From an uncultured Candidatus Binatia bacterium (GTDB lineage Bacteria > Desulfobacterota > Binatia > Bin18): a stretch of 64,000 bases of DNA. Below the pieces are notes generated by a model. It did not search any database and was not told the DNA's origin. It saw only the letters and a list, made by a program, of their open reading frames with translations. Shown in pieces: positions 38,936-49,617 of this stretch (position 1 is the stretch's first letter; each line of letters starts with the position of its first letter). The stretch lies in NCBI GenBank assembly GCA_965214755.1, contig OZ243979.1, positions 1,923,251-1,987,250 on the forward strand, read 5' to 3'. The translations under genes were made by a program, and so were the position numbers.

Positions 38936-39769
38936 TCAGTCTCTGGGCACCTCAGCATACACGCGCTGCATGGTGTCCAGATGACCCTGCGCATCCAGAC
39001 CGCCCCCGAGCGTGCGTAAACATACATGACTGAGGCCGGCCCGCCGCCACCCGGACACCCGGTCGCGCCATTCCGCTTCGCGGGGACCGACCACAGCTAT
39101 ACCGGCTTCGGTGTCGATATCCTGCGGACTCCGACCGGCCGTTTCGACCGCGCGCAGAATATCGGCCTGTATGGCTGGAAACTCTTCCGGTGTACACAGC
39201 ACAAACCAGCCATCGGCCAGACGTCCGATCCGGCGTCGGATACGCGAGATGGGAACACTCTGCGCGCCAACCCATAGGGGGATCGGCCTTTGGATCGGCA
39301 GCGGATTCAGGCCGGCCCCAGACACCGTGTCCCAGCGTCCGTCAAATTCGACCGTGGGTTGCGTCCAGAGTTGCTTGAGGAGGGTCATCTGTTCTTCGCA
39401 GCGATCCCCCCGCGTCTGAAAGTCCATACCCAGGGCGTGGTATTCCTCCGCGCTGGGACCAACGCCGATGCCGAGACGCAGGCGACCACCGGACAGCACA
39501 TCCAGTTCCGCGGCCTGCTTGGCCACCAGCACGGTTTGACGTGAGGGTAGAACAATGACCGAGGGCACCAGTTCTATCCTCTGCGTGATTGCTGCAACAT
39601 AGGCCAGCAACGTCAGCGGCTCGTGCACATAGCCACTCTCGGGCCGGAGGACCTGATCCGGGACGCGCAAATGCGTATAGCCCAACTCGTCAGCCGTTTG
39701 GGCAAATGCCCGGATCGCTCCCAAATCGCCCTGAAGCTCTCTCACTGGCAGTGAAATCCCAATCTTCAT
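38936..39769 (-). CDS. LLM-class F420-dependent oxidoreductase
   Basis: MKIGISLPVRE... is typical of the TIGR03619-like family. Start moved to MKIG. Confidence 0.8.
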   Translation of the reverse strand: MKIGISLPVRELQGDLGAIRAFAQTADELGYTHLRVPDQVLRPESGYVHEPLTLLAYVAAITQRIELVPSVIVLPSRQTVLVAKQAAELDVLSGGRLRLGIGVGPSAEEYHALGMDFQTRGDRCEEQMTLLKQLWTQPTVEFDGRWDTVSGAGLNPLPIQRPIPLWVGAQSVPISRIRRRIGRLADGWFVLCTPEEFPAIQADILRAVETAGRSPQDIDTEAGIAVVGPREAEWRDRVSGWRRAGLSHVCLRTLGGGLDAQGHLDTMQRVYAEVPRD

Positions 39770-39837
39770 GAACTTTCTCCTCCTCATTCAGCCCTTTTTC
39801 GTAGGTGGAAGAGGGTGACAATGCGGTAGTGTCGCCC

Positions 39838-40470
39838 TTAGAATTTCAACACCGCCTTCGCCGCCACACGTTGGCGGTACGCAGCGTCCCAGCGTATGAT
39901 ATGTGGATAGTCTGCGATGAGATCAAACTTGGCAAAGCGCATGAACTGCAAGGCGGCCTGAAGGGTGCAGTCGGCAACCGATACACGATCGCCTAAGAGC
40001 AGGGCGCGACCGTCAGCTAAAACATTCTCAAAGTACTGAAAGGCAACCGGTAGTGCCTGCTTGGCCTGCGCCGCAGCCGCAGGATTAGGGGGAAGGCCGA
40101 TAGGCGATTTCGTGGCATGGACATAACGTCCGACTTGAAGCAGCACACGGAGATCGGCGATACGTTCCAGCTCACGCGCGCCTATACGTTCACGCGTTTC
40201 AGTACCCCACATCACCGGTTGGGGAAAGCACTCTTCCAAATACTCAATAATCGCCAGAGATTCGACAATGTAGTCATTGTCCGCAACCTCCAGCACGGGC
40301 AGACTCCCAAACGGATTGCGCGCCAGATGAGCCTCGCTCTTTTGCTCATTTTTGAGCGTATTGACAAGGACCTGTTTGACATCCATCTCAGTCCCGGCGG
40401 CCGTTTTCTCGGCAATATACAGCATCACTTTCGTGGGGTTCGGTGCAGCGGGAACCACATAGAGTTTCAT
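39838..40470 (-). CDS. Glutathione S-transferase family protein
   Basis: N-terminal thioredoxin-like GST domain and C-terminal helical domain. Confidence 0.8.
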   Translation of the reverse strand: MKLYVVPAAPNPTKVMLYIAEKTAAGTEMDVKQVLVNTLKNEQKSEAHLARNPFGSLPVLEVADNDYIVESLAIIEYLEECFPQPVMWGTETRERIGARELERIADLRVLLQVGRYVHATKSPIGLPPNPAAAAQAKQALPVAFQYFENVLADGRALLLGDRVSVADCTLQAALQFMRFAKFDLIADYPHIIRWDAAYRQRVAAKAVLKF

Positions 40471-40522
40471 GATGTCAGCTTTCTACCAGTGTGATTTTCG
40501 TTCAATTTCACAATGCGGCGTG

Positions 40523-41560
40523 CTACAGACACAACTCCGCCAGGACACGCAGGGCTTCGACCTGATTCGTGCCGATAATCATGGTCGTGACGGGTGACGC
40601 TTTCCAGCGCGTGAGCTGCTCGGCGATACGCCCCTTGGGACCGACCAGGGCGGCGGCATCAACAAGCTCGTCAGGTACGGCCGCTTGCGCTTCTGCCTTC
40701 CGGCCCGAGAGGTATAAATCCTGCAATGTTGTGGCCAGCCCCTCATACCCGAAGTTTCGGACATAGCTGTTATAGAAATTCTTGGTGCGGGCTCCCATGC
40801 CGCCGATATACAAGGCCAGACTGGCTTTGACCGGGGCGCGACATTGGTCCAGATCGTCCCCCAGCACACACGTCACATACGGGGCGAGATCAAAATCCTG
40901 GCGGCTTTTGCCGTTCCCGGCTTTGGCAAATCCGGCTTCGAGGTGCGGGAGATAATACGATTCGCCCCAATCCGGGCTCATCCACACCGGGAGCAGGCCA
41001 TCGGCAATTTCCGCCGCAAGCGTAATCCCCTTGGGACCGATTGAGGCGGTATAGATTTTCATATCGTGCCGGCCATGGAGAATACTCTTCAGCGGCTTGC
41101 CCAACCTGCTGGCATCCGGCCCGGCGTACGGAATCTGATATTCCTGGCCGTCAAATTCAAGCCGTTCCTCACGAACCAGGATTTTGCGCAAAATTTCGAC
41201 ATACTCCCGATAGCGTTGGAGCGGCTTGCCATAGGGCACGCCGTGCCAGCCTTCAATGACCTGCGGATTCGACGGCCCTAATCCAATCAGGAAGCGTCCG
41301 TTGGTCAAACCATCAAGCGTCATGGCGGTCATGGCCGTCATGGACGGAGTCCGCGCCTGCATCTGTAAGATTCCCGCTCCCAGCTTGATTTTTGACGTGC
41401 GCGCGCCAACAAAGGCCAGAAAAGAAACGACATCCGATCCCCAGGCCTCACCGGTCCAGACCGAGTCAAACCCCAGCCGTTCGGCTTCAAGGATCACCTC
41501 CATGGTGTGCTGCATTTTTGGGCCTGAGTATCCGGTGACTAATCCAAGTCGCATCGCCAT
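40523..41560 (-). CDS. LLM-class F420-dependent oxidoreductase
   Basis: 345 aa, luciferase-like TIM barrel motifs. Confidence 0.8.
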   Translation of the reverse strand: MAMRLGLVTGYSGPKMQHTMEVILEAERLGFDSVWTGEAWGSDVVSFLAFVGARTSKIKLGAGILQMQARTPSMTAMTAMTLDGLTNGRFLIGLGPSNPQVIEGWHGVPYGKPLQRYREYVEILRKILVREERLEFDGQEYQIPYAGPDASRLGKPLKSILHGRHDMKIYTASIGPKGITLAAEIADGLLPVWMSPDWGESYYLPHLEAGFAKAGNGKSRQDFDLAPYVTCVLGDDLDQCRAPVKASLALYIGGMGARTKNFYNSYVRNFGYEGLATTLQDLYLSGRKAEAQAAVPDELVDAAALVGPKGRIAEQLTRWKASPVTTMIIGTNQVEALRVLAELCL

Positions 41561-41727
41561 ACCTCCTATGGGTTCGGACTATAGCGTTCACACACCAAAG
41601 AGACAAAGGGAGGCTGGGGAGCAGCGAAAAAACGCATTGATTCTTCATGCCTCAGCGTTTACGATTCGGACACGTTCCCGCGGTAGTCCGGTCTGTGTGT
41701 AAAACCGTTTCGTAAAGGAGTACACCT

Positions 41728-43653
41728 ATGGCAACGGCCAGTAAGATTGATGCCATCCCCCTGCCGCCCACGGAGGCAGCGTTCGACCCTATCACTTTTA
41801 GTGTGATCCGAAACCGCTTTGAAGCCATTGGTCAGGAGATGACCCTGGCGATGGAGCAGACGGCCTGGACCTCGGTCATCGCCCTGGCCCGCGACTACTC
41901 GTGCATGATCTACGACGCCCATGCCAGCGGCCCGCGTCAGGTCACCATGGCCGATTGCCTGCCCATCCACTGCAACAGCATTCGGACCCTGCTGATGGAA
42001 ATCGTCTCCGTGTTCAAAGACGATATCCACGACGGCGACGTGTATATGTCGAACGACCCCTATCGAGGCAACACCCATATCCCGGACCTGGTGACGGCTC
42101 AGCCGGTTTTCGTGGACGGCAAGCATGTGTTCTGGACCGTGGCGCGCGGCCATCAGCTCGATACCGGCGCCATTGAGGCGTCGAGCATTGTGCCCGCGGC
42201 CAAGACCATCTTCCAGGAAGGCATTGTCATTCCGCCGACCAAGCTGGTCGATCGCGGGGTCGAACGCCACGATATTGTCGAGTTGTATCTCGCCAACGTG
42301 CGCTATCGGGACGCCCTGCACGGCGACCTGCGCGCCCAGCTTGGGGCCTGTGGCGTGGCCCGCAAGGGTCTGATCGAGCTGTGCGAGCAGTACGACCGCG
42401 ACGAGGTGGTGCGCTATAGCGACGGGCTCATGGACTACGCCGACCAGCGCGCGTCTGAGGAGTTCCGCTCGATTCCCGACGGCGTCTACCACGGTGAGAC
42501 CTGGACCGACACCGACGGCAATGGGGCGACCGATATTCCGATTCGGGCCACCATCACCAAGAAGGGCGCGGATATCCACGTGCATTACAGCGGTGGGCCG
42601 CCGTCCACCGGCTCGTTCAACGCCACCTATGCGGTCATGATGGCGACCTCAACGATCCCCTTCCTGTACTATATTGATTCGGACATTCCGCATAACCACG
42701 GCGTGCTGCAACACATCAGTGCCGACGCCGACGACAACACCATCTGTTTGGCCAAGTGGCCGGCCGCGGTTGCAGGGGCAACCCAGAATCCGGCCGACCC
42801 CATGCACGAGGTCATCAATATCGCCATGGCCGAGGCCATTCCCGAGCGCGTGCCCGCGGGCGGGGCGCATACCGCCCACGTCCCGAACTTCAACGGGGTT
42901 GATTCGAGAACCGGGAAGGAGTGGGGCTGCATGCTGTTCAACAGCGGCGGAGGCCAGGGTGCGGCAAAAGACGCCGATGGATGGCCGGTCCTGTGTACCA
43001 TTGCCGGCATGGGCGGGCTTACCTCGGCCTCGATCGAGCAGTTGGAGCTGCTGTATCCGATCCGCGTCGAGCAGAACGAGATTGAGACCGACGCCCTGGG
43101 CATGGGCCAATGGATCGGCGGCCCCGGGCTGCGTACACGCTATCGGCCGATTGCCGGCGACATGGAGTGCGTCGGCTTTGGCGAGGGCCTGAAGAATCCG
43201 CCGCACGGGGTGAACGGTGGCACCATGAGCCCGGGCGGCGGCATCTATATCGAGCACGCGGATGGCCGCCGGACGTTCACCTCCTCCGCGGGGCAACTGC
43301 TGATTCGCGAAGGCGAGACCTGGAATGGGGTGTCCGCGGGCGGCGGTGGCTGGGGCAACCCGCTCGACCGCGACCCGGAACAGGTGCGCCGCGACCTGCG
43401 GGACGAGTGGATCAGCGAAGACACGGCCCGCAACGTGTTTGGTGTGGTCGTCAAGGACGACCTGGAGCGCAGCCTCGACGTTGCCGCAACCGAGCAACTC
43501 CGAGCCGAAATGCGAAAGAACGAGCGCCCGATGATCGAGCCCACCGCTCCGGCGGCCGGCACCTGGACGCAGCAGAGCATGCGTCCCAGCGATCGCTATC
43601 TCGAAGCCCCAACTATTGCCCGGAACTTCAGCGCTACGCCGCAGGAGACGTAA
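41728..43653 (+). CDS. hyuB: Hydantoinase B / oxoprolinase family protein
   Basis: 641 aa, HyuB family. Directly upstream of the HyuA-like gene. Confidence 0.85.
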   Translation: MATASKIDAIPLPPTEAAFDPITFSVIRNRFEAIGQEMTLAMEQTAWTSVIALARDYSCMIYDAHASGPRQVTMADCLPIHCNSIRTLLMEIVSVFKDDIHDGDVYMSNDPYRGNTHIPDLVTAQPVFVDGKHVFWTVARGHQLDTGAIEASSIVPAAKTIFQEGIVIPPTKLVDRGVERHDIVELYLANVRYRDALHGDLRAQLGACGVARKGLIELCEQYDRDEVVRYSDGLMDYADQRASEEFRSIPDGVYHGETWTDTDGNGATDIPIRATITKKGADIHVHYSGGPPSTGSFNATYAVMMATSTIPFLYYIDSDIPHNHGVLQHISADADDNTICLAKWPAAVAGATQNPADPMHEVINIAMAEAIPERVPAGGAHTAHVPNFNGVDSRTGKEWGCMLFNSGGGQGAAKDADGWPVLCTIAGMGGLTSASIEQLELLYPIRVEQNEIETDALGMGQWIGGPGLRTRYRPIAGDMECVGFGEGLKNPPHGVNGGTMSPGGGIYIEHADGRRTFTSSAGQLLIREGETWNGVSAGGGGWGNPLDRDPEQVRRDLRDEWISEDTARNVFGVVVKDDLERSLDVAATEQLRAEMRKNERPMIEPTAPAAGTWTQQSMRPSDRYLEAPTIARNFSATPQET

Positions 43654-43655
43654 AT

Positions 43656-45722
43656 ATGGGGCATCGAGTCGGCATCGATATCGGCGGCACCTTCACCGAT
43701 GTGGTCCTGCTGCGCGACGACGGCAGGTTCCACGTCTATAAAGAAGACTCGACTCCTGACCAACCGCTGCTAGCGATTACGCGGGGTCTCGCCGGCATGG
43801 CCGAAGAAGCAGGAACCACGGTTGAAGAGCTTTTGCATGAGACCGAGTTTCTGGTTCATGGCCAGACCATGGCGACCAACGCCCTGATACAGCGCAACGG
43901 TCCGGTCATCGGCCTGCTGTGTACCCAAGGGCTCCGGGACATCCTGTATCTGGGCCGGGGCGGGAAGCCCGAGCGATTCAACATCCACCTCCAGAAACCC
44001 GAGGACTTTATTCCGCGCTATTTACGCCTGGGCATTCCCGAGCGTACTGGCGCGGACGGCTCCGAGGTCCTGCCGCTCGATGAAGAGGCCGTTCGCGTAG
44101 CGGCTCAGCGACTCGGCGCCCACGGTGTCAAAGCGGTGGCGGTTGCCTATCTGTGGTCCATCGTCGATCCGAGCCACGAAAAACGAACCGCCGAAATCGT
44201 GCGCGAGGAGTTGCCCGGCGTCGACGTGCTGTGTTCTTGTGATGTCTTACCGGAGATTCGGGAGTGGGAGCGCACCTCGTCAACCGTGCTGTCCGCCTAT
44301 ATCGCGCCCATCATCGGCGATTATCTGCGCGCCTTTGAAAAGGAGATGGCAGCCGGCGGCCTGCCCCATCCGCCGCAGATCATGCAGGTCAACGGCGGCT
44401 GTGCATCGGTTGAGGACCTTTTGGCGCGGCCTGTCAACGCGGTGGCCTCGGGTCCCGCGGCCGGCCCGGCCGCGGGTGCGCACTACGCTTCGGATACCAA
44501 GGCCCCCGACCGGCTGATCATTATCGACATGGGCGGGACCAGCTTCGATGTCTGTATGCTGCGCGACAGCGAACCGGTCATGTCAACCGATATCCGGGTC
44601 GCGCATCAGCCCATCGGAGTGAATGGGGTTGAGGTGCTATCGATCGGCGCCGGCGGCGGCTCCATTGCCTGGCTCGACAGCGGCAAGGCGCTACGGGTCG
44701 GGCCGCAGAGTGCAGGTTCCCAACCGGGTCCGGCCTGTTACGGCCGGGGTGGCCGTGCGCCCGCAGTCACCGACGCCAACCTGGCCGTTGGGCGGATGTC
44801 GTCCGGTGCGTTTCTGGGCGGGCGGCGCTCCCTCAGTGAGCACCTGGCGCAGCGGGCTATTGCCGAGCATATTGCCACGCCGTTGGGTCTATCGGTTCGT
44901 GAGGCCGCGGCCGGCATCCTGACCATCGTGAACTCGAATATGGCCTCGGCCATCCGAGCGGTCTCAATCGAACGCGGCATCGATCCTCGCGACTATGTCA
45001 TGGTTGCGGGCGGCGGCGCGGGTGGCCTGCACGCGGCCGAGTTGGCCCGCATGCTTGAGATCGGCGAGGTGCTGATTCCGCGCTCCGCGGGTGGGCTGTG
45101 CGCCTTCGGTATGGCGGTCACGCCGGTACGGCACGACTATGTGCGCCTCCACCACTGCTATACGAATCAGCCGGGCGCGGCCACGGGCATAGCCCAGGTG
45201 TTTGACGAGTTGATCGCCAAGGGCGGCTCCCATCTTGAGGAGGAAGGCTTTCAGCCCGAAGAGATTCGGTTCGCCCGACACCTGGAGGGACGCTATCCGG
45301 GCCAGGTCCACAACCTGACAGTACCGCTGCCCGAAGGGCCGATTGACGCAGATCTCTTGCGTCGGCTCGAAGCCGACTTTCATGATGAGCACGAGCGACG
45401 ATTTACCTATTCGATGCGCGACCAGCCCGTTGAGTGCCTGCACTGGCGCATTGCCGCCACGGGCAACCGACCCGCCCCTGAGGGACGGCTGGCTACACAG
45501 TCCGCGGGCCGGCCACAACCGACCAGCCGACGCATGGCCTATATGGCAGGGGTCAATGCCGAGGTGGAAACCGAGATTTATCAGGGCAACGCGCTGGCGG
45601 CGGGGGATCAGCTCACCGGCCCGGCCATTGTTGAGTTCGCCACGACCACGGTGGTCGTCAACCCAGATGACCGGCTGACCGTCCAGGCCGATGGCAGTTC
45701 TCTGCTAACAATTTCCCTCTGA
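43656..45722 (+). CDS. hyuA: Hydantoinase A / oxoprolinase family protein
   Basis: MGHRVGIDIGGTFTDVVLL start. The long upstream extension of the listed ORF (43110) overlaps hyuB and is rejected. Confidence 0.85.
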   Translation: MGHRVGIDIGGTFTDVVLLRDDGRFHVYKEDSTPDQPLLAITRGLAGMAEEAGTTVEELLHETEFLVHGQTMATNALIQRNGPVIGLLCTQGLRDILYLGRGGKPERFNIHLQKPEDFIPRYLRLGIPERTGADGSEVLPLDEEAVRVAAQRLGAHGVKAVAVAYLWSIVDPSHEKRTAEIVREELPGVDVLCSCDVLPEIREWERTSSTVLSAYIAPIIGDYLRAFEKEMAAGGLPHPPQIMQVNGGCASVEDLLARPVNAVASGPAAGPAAGAHYASDTKAPDRLIIIDMGGTSFDVCMLRDSEPVMSTDIRVAHQPIGVNGVEVLSIGAGGGSIAWLDSGKALRVGPQSAGSQPGPACYGRGGRAPAVTDANLAVGRMSSGAFLGGRRSLSEHLAQRAIAEHIATPLGLSVREAAAGILTIVNSNMASAIRAVSIERGIDPRDYVMVAGGGAGGLHAAELARMLEIGEVLIPRSAGGLCAFGMAVTPVRHDYVRLHHCYTNQPGAATGIAQVFDELIAKGGSHLEEEGFQPEEIRFARHLEGRYPGQVHNLTVPLPEGPIDADLLRRLEADFHDEHERRFTYSMRDQPVECLHWRIAATGNRPAPEGRLATQSAGRPQPTSRRMAYMAGVNAEVETEIYQGNALAAGDQLTGPAIVEFATTTVVVNPDDRLTVQADGSSLLTISL

Positions 45723-45739
45723 CATAAAGGAGACTGTTC

Positions 45740-46486
45740 ATGTCGGGTGTCATAATCGTGACGGGCGGAAGTCGCGGTATTGGAGCCGCTATTTCACGGC
45801 GAGCGGCACGGGCCGGGTTTGACGTATGCGTCAATTATGCCCGCGCCAAAGACCGGGCCGAAGAGGTGGTCCACGACGCGATGCAGGCCGGGCAACGGGC
45901 GATTGCCGTGCAGGCCGATGTGGGAACGGAAGAAGGCGTTATTGAGCTGTTTCGCCGGACCGATGCCGAACTCGGCCCGGTCACCGCCCTGGTGAATAAT
46001 GCCGCAATCGACTATGAGACCGCGGTCGTCGACGCCAAACTGGAGCGTATCCAGGGGGTTTTTGGTCTCAATATCTTTGGCGTGTTCGTGAGCGCCCGCG
46101 AGGCCATTAAACGCATGTCCACCAAACGTGGTGGCGCCGGAGGCGTGATCGTCAATGTCGGCTCCATTTCCTCGCGTTACGGCGGGCTGCCCGGTGATGT
46201 GGTCTACGCCTCCAGCAAAGGCGCACTTGATTCCTTTACCATGGGTCTGTCCAGGGAAGTCGGGCCTGAGGGGATTCGGGTCTGTTGCGTGCGGCCCGGA
46301 ATTACCCGGACGGAGATTTTTGACGCGAGTATCGGCATTGAACGGGCCGAAGCCATAGCCAAGGCGCAGACGGTCCTGGGGCGTATCTGCGAACCCGAAG
46401 AGGTCGCCAATCTGGTGGTGTGGATCTGTACGGATGAGGCCTCGTATGTCACCACGACGATCTACGATATTTCGGGCGGACGCTGA
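45740..46486 (+). CDS. SDR-family oxidoreductase
   Basis: VTGGSRGIG, NAA, YxxSK motifs. Confidence 0.85.
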   Translation: MSGVIIVTGGSRGIGAAISRRAARAGFDVCVNYARAKDRAEEVVHDAMQAGQRAIAVQADVGTEEGVIELFRRTDAELGPVTALVNNAAIDYETAVVDAKLERIQGVFGLNIFGVFVSAREAIKRMSTKRGGAGGVIVNVGSISSRYGGLPGDVVYASSKGALDSFTMGLSREVGPEGIRVCCVRPGITRTEIFDASIGIERAEAIAKAQTVLGRICEPEEVANLVVWICTDEASYVTTTIYDISGGR

Positions 46487-46543
46487 ACGGGTCGCCCTGA
46501 TGGCACATCAATAATATGTCACGTTGACAAAGGAGAAACCCGC

Positions 46544-48493
46544 ATGACCAGCGCCATACAGGATATACGGCAAGACGAGGTACAGACTGTCCCGACGCAT
46601 CCCCTGGACCCGCTGAGCCGGAGCGAGATTGAGCGCGGCGTGGCCATCCTCACAGGCTCGGGCGAGCTGAGGGGCCGGATCGCCTTCTCCAGCGTCAATC
46701 TGGTGGAGCCGCCCAAAGAGGCCGTCAAGACCTTTACCCCAGGCGCACCGTTTACTCGGGTGCTGCGCTTTCTGGGGGTGGACGAGTACACCAACAGCAG
46801 GCAGGCAGGCAGTTTTGCAGCGCGGGTCAATATCACGACGGGAGAGCTGCTTGAAGTGCAGCGCCTCAGCAGCGGACAGGTACCGTTTGGGGGACGAGAC
46901 CTGATACAATCGATCAAGATCACCAAGGCCGACCCGGCCTGGCAGGCCGCGGTGAAACGGCGCGGCGTTGAGGACGTGAGCCGGGTGCAAATCGATATGT
47001 GGCCGGGCAGTGGCCCTCTCCCTGATGGCGTGGACTCGACCCATCGTCTGGCCCGGACGATTGCTTTCGTGCGCGAAGACAAGACCGACAACGGCTATGC
47101 CCGCCCGCTCCAGGGTCTGATTGCTCATGTGGACCTGACCGCGGGCCGGGTGGTCCATCTGGAAGACCACGGCCTGACCGCCCTGCCACCGGAGAGCGGG
47201 CGGTACGAGGCCAGCCATCAGCCTTCGCTACGGACCGATTTGAAACCCATTGCCATTACCCAGCCCGAAGGGCCGAGTTTCCGCGTCGATGGGTACGCGG
47301 TGGAATGGCAGAAGTGGTCGTTCCGGGTCGCCATGCACCCCCAGCACGGCCTGGTTTTACACACCCTGAGTTATGACGACGCCGGGGAGCGACGGTCGAT
47401 CCTGTATCGGGCGTCGCTGGCGGACATGGTGGTGCCCTATGGCGACCACGACCCCATGCACACCTGGAAGCATGTGCTGGATGCCAGCGAAGCGAGCGTG
47501 GGCAATCTGGCCAATTCGCTCAGCCTGGGCTGCGACTGTCTGGGTGAAATCTATTATTTTGATATGCCCATGCTGCTGGCCGACGGGTCCGTCTATACGG
47601 TCGAAAACGCGATCTGCATGCATGAGGAAGATTACGGCGTGCTGTGGAAGCATCGGGACCTGTTGTCCGCGACCACGGAAGTCCGACGCTCGCGGCGTTT
47701 AGTAATCAGCTCATTCTTTACGGTCGGGAATTATGAGTACGGCTTCTTCTGGTATTTATACCTGGACGGCACGATTCAGATGGAGGTCAAGCTGACCGGC
47801 ATCGTCGGCGTCAGCGCGGTTGAAACCGGGGCCGAGCAGCCCGAGTTCGCCCCGCTCATTGCGCCCAACCTAGCCTCTCCGATTCACCAGCATCTGTTCT
47901 GTTTCCGGCTCGATTTTGATGTGGACGGTGAGCACAACTCGGTCTACGAGGTCGATGTCGAACCCGGTCTGCGCGGGCCGGATAATCCGCACGGGACCCA
48001 GTTCCGCGCCAAGACGACCCTCTTGGCATCCGAAGATGGTGCACGGCGGGATATTGCCCCGCAGGCCAGCCGGAGTTGGAAGATTGTCAACCCGCAGCGG
48101 ACAAACCGGCTGGGGGTCCCAGTCGGCTATAAGCTGGTTGCCGGCGCAACACCTACCCTGTTTGCCCAGGCAGACTCCTACGTGGGGCAACGGGCCGGGT
48201 TTGCCCAGCATAATCTGTGGGTCACCGCGTTTGCGCCTGACGAACTCAGCGCGGCTGGCGACATGACGCTCCAGAGCCCCGGTGGTGAGGGCCTGCTGAG
48301 CTGTTCACGTGGACGCAATATCGAGAACACCGACATCGTCGTCTGGCATACCTTTGGCCTCACGCATATTCCGCGGCCCGAGGATTGGCCGGTGATGCCC
48401 GTCGAGTATGCCGGCTTCAGTCTGATGCCGGTTGGCTTTTTTGAACGCAACCCTGCCCTGGACGTGCCGCCGAGTAAGCATGAATGTAAGTAG
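46544..48493 (+). CDS. Copper-containing primary amine oxidase
   Basis: TPQ precursor motif TVGNYEYGFFWYLYLDGTI and the CAO domain arrangement. Confidence 0.9.
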   Translation: MTSAIQDIRQDEVQTVPTHPLDPLSRSEIERGVAILTGSGELRGRIAFSSVNLVEPPKEAVKTFTPGAPFTRVLRFLGVDEYTNSRQAGSFAARVNITTGELLEVQRLSSGQVPFGGRDLIQSIKITKADPAWQAAVKRRGVEDVSRVQIDMWPGSGPLPDGVDSTHRLARTIAFVREDKTDNGYARPLQGLIAHVDLTAGRVVHLEDHGLTALPPESGRYEASHQPSLRTDLKPIAITQPEGPSFRVDGYAVEWQKWSFRVAMHPQHGLVLHTLSYDDAGERRSILYRASLADMVVPYGDHDPMHTWKHVLDASEASVGNLANSLSLGCDCLGEIYYFDMPMLLADGSVYTVENAICMHEEDYGVLWKHRDLLSATTEVRRSRRLVISSFFTVGNYEYGFFWYLYLDGTIQMEVKLTGIVGVSAVETGAEQPEFAPLIAPNLASPIHQHLFCFRLDFDVDGEHNSVYEVDVEPGLRGPDNPHGTQFRAKTTLLASEDGARRDIAPQASRSWKIVNPQRTNRLGVPVGYKLVAGATPTLFAQADSYVGQRAGFAQHNLWVTAFAPDELSAAGDMTLQSPGGEGLLSCSRGRNIENTDIVVWHTFGLTHIPRPEDWPVMPVEYAGFSLMPVGFFERNPALDVPPSKHECK

Positions 48494-48524
48494 GTTGGCC
48501 ATCATCGGAGGAGTGAAACAGTGA

Positions 48525-48848
48525 CTACTCAGCAGGTGTACCATTCACAATCTTCGTGAGTGCTTGTCGTACAGATTCAAAAGCTCGTGAATTCAATTCA
48601 CCAATGCTGTCCGACACAATCGACGTATTCGCAGTGAATATCTTACCCGGACGAATATAGCTGGTTCGATTAAGTGAGCCAGACTCGAAGTCCTTACCAC
48701 TGAATCTCTATAGCCAGCGGATCTGAATACGCTTTACTCGTAATTTGACAAAGAATCAGATCGTCACGATCCAAGATTGCGATAACAAGAGCGGGCCGGA
48801 GTTTCGAGGCAGAGAGGTCAGAAAACGGGAATCTGACAATGACTACTG
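48525..48848 (-). pseudogene. mazF: MazF/PemK-family toxin gene, frameshifted; no canonical start
   Basis: ...SKLRPALVIAILDRDDLILCQITSKAYSDPLAIEIQW* then continues in another frame as ...SYIRPGKIFTANTSIVSDSIGELNSRAFESVRQALTKIV. Confidence 0.55.
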
Positions 48849-49061
48849 AGCTTGGTCTAAGTGGCTCCACGCTTCATCTTCTTCTGGACGGTTCCAGTCT
48901 TTGGCAAGTGATTCTTCGCTGAGTAGCGCCGCTGATGGGATTGTACGCGGCTCTTCTTCAAGAATAGTAACTATCGCACGCCGAGCTTTAGGAAGCTGTA
49001 CCGGCGCCAACAAATGGACACTCCCGTCTTTGTCGATTGTGGCTTCAATAGTACGAATCAT
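48843..49061 (-). CDS. Type II antitoxin (VapB/MazE-like)
   Basis: 72 aa. MIRTIEATIDKDGSVHL...SEESLAKDWNRPEEDEAW, a typical antitoxin C-terminus. Overlaps the toxin remnant. Confidence 0.6.
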   Translation of the reverse strand: MIRTIEATIDKDGSVHLLAPVQLPKARRAIVTILEEEPRTIPSAALLSEESLAKDWNRPEEDEAWSHLDQAQ

Positions 49062-49440
49062 TGTGAATCTCGTTCATCTGATTTGAGGCTTCGTTGCGCT
49101 GGCAGTCTATGCCTACCTCTGTGGACCTTGTGCCCCCTATCATCCCCTTAACCTCCCGAGTCTGCCGATCGCAACGACGTCGGGTTTGCGTGTAGTGAAT
49201 TCTTCGGTCTCCTGCGTCGCATCCGCAACGATGCTCGCTGCTATACAACAACGGAATAGGGTCGTCGCCGTCAAAGCGGACCGTGAGCAGTCCGTTGGCC
49301 TCACACTTCCAGCCGGAAATCACTCCAATGCCCGATAGGGTGATACCATGCCCAGGAATATCAAGCACGGCAGCTTGGGTCAACGAAGCCACCAAGACAG
49401 CGGCAACGGTTATTGCCAGAATACTTCTACGCATATTCAC
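49045..49440 (-). CDS. Secreted hypothetical protein, paralog of the 9664 ORF (SGIGVISGWKC motif); C-terminal part probably frameshifted
   Basis: Signal peptide MNMRRSILAITVAAVLVASLTQA. Shares the motif with ORF 9664. The tail is composition-poor and overlaps the antitoxin gene. Confidence 0.4.
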   Translation of the reverse strand: MNMRRSILAITVAAVLVASLTQAAVLDIPGHGITLSGIGVISGWKCEANGLLTVRFDGDDPIPLLYSSEHRCGCDAGDRRIHYTQTRRRCDRQTREVKGMIGGTRSTEVGIDCQRNEASNQMNEIHNDSYY

Positions 49441-49617
49441 GCCTCTTTATAGTGAAGTCGTGCACCCGGTGAGTTGCCGGGCCGTGAACCTACCACACAG
49501 AGATGTTGTGAGAGTCCTGCTTACTTGCCGTTGGTATCGGGAGCTACCCGACACCAGTCGCACGGCTGTTCCATGTCACAGGCGACCCGACGTAAGGCCT
49601 CCATGGAGGGAGAGCGT

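Noticed and set aside
40790-40830. MTAMTAMT amino-acid repeat in the LLM oxidoreductase (nucleotide repeat atggcggtc x2)
   Set aside because: A short 9-nt duplication within an intact ORF with no regulatory implication.
43110-43655. Upstream extension of the hyuA ORF to 43110 (870 aa)
   Set aside because: It overlaps the hyuB coding region out of frame. The conserved HyuA N-terminus MGHRVGIDIGGT begins at 43656 right after the hyuB stop.
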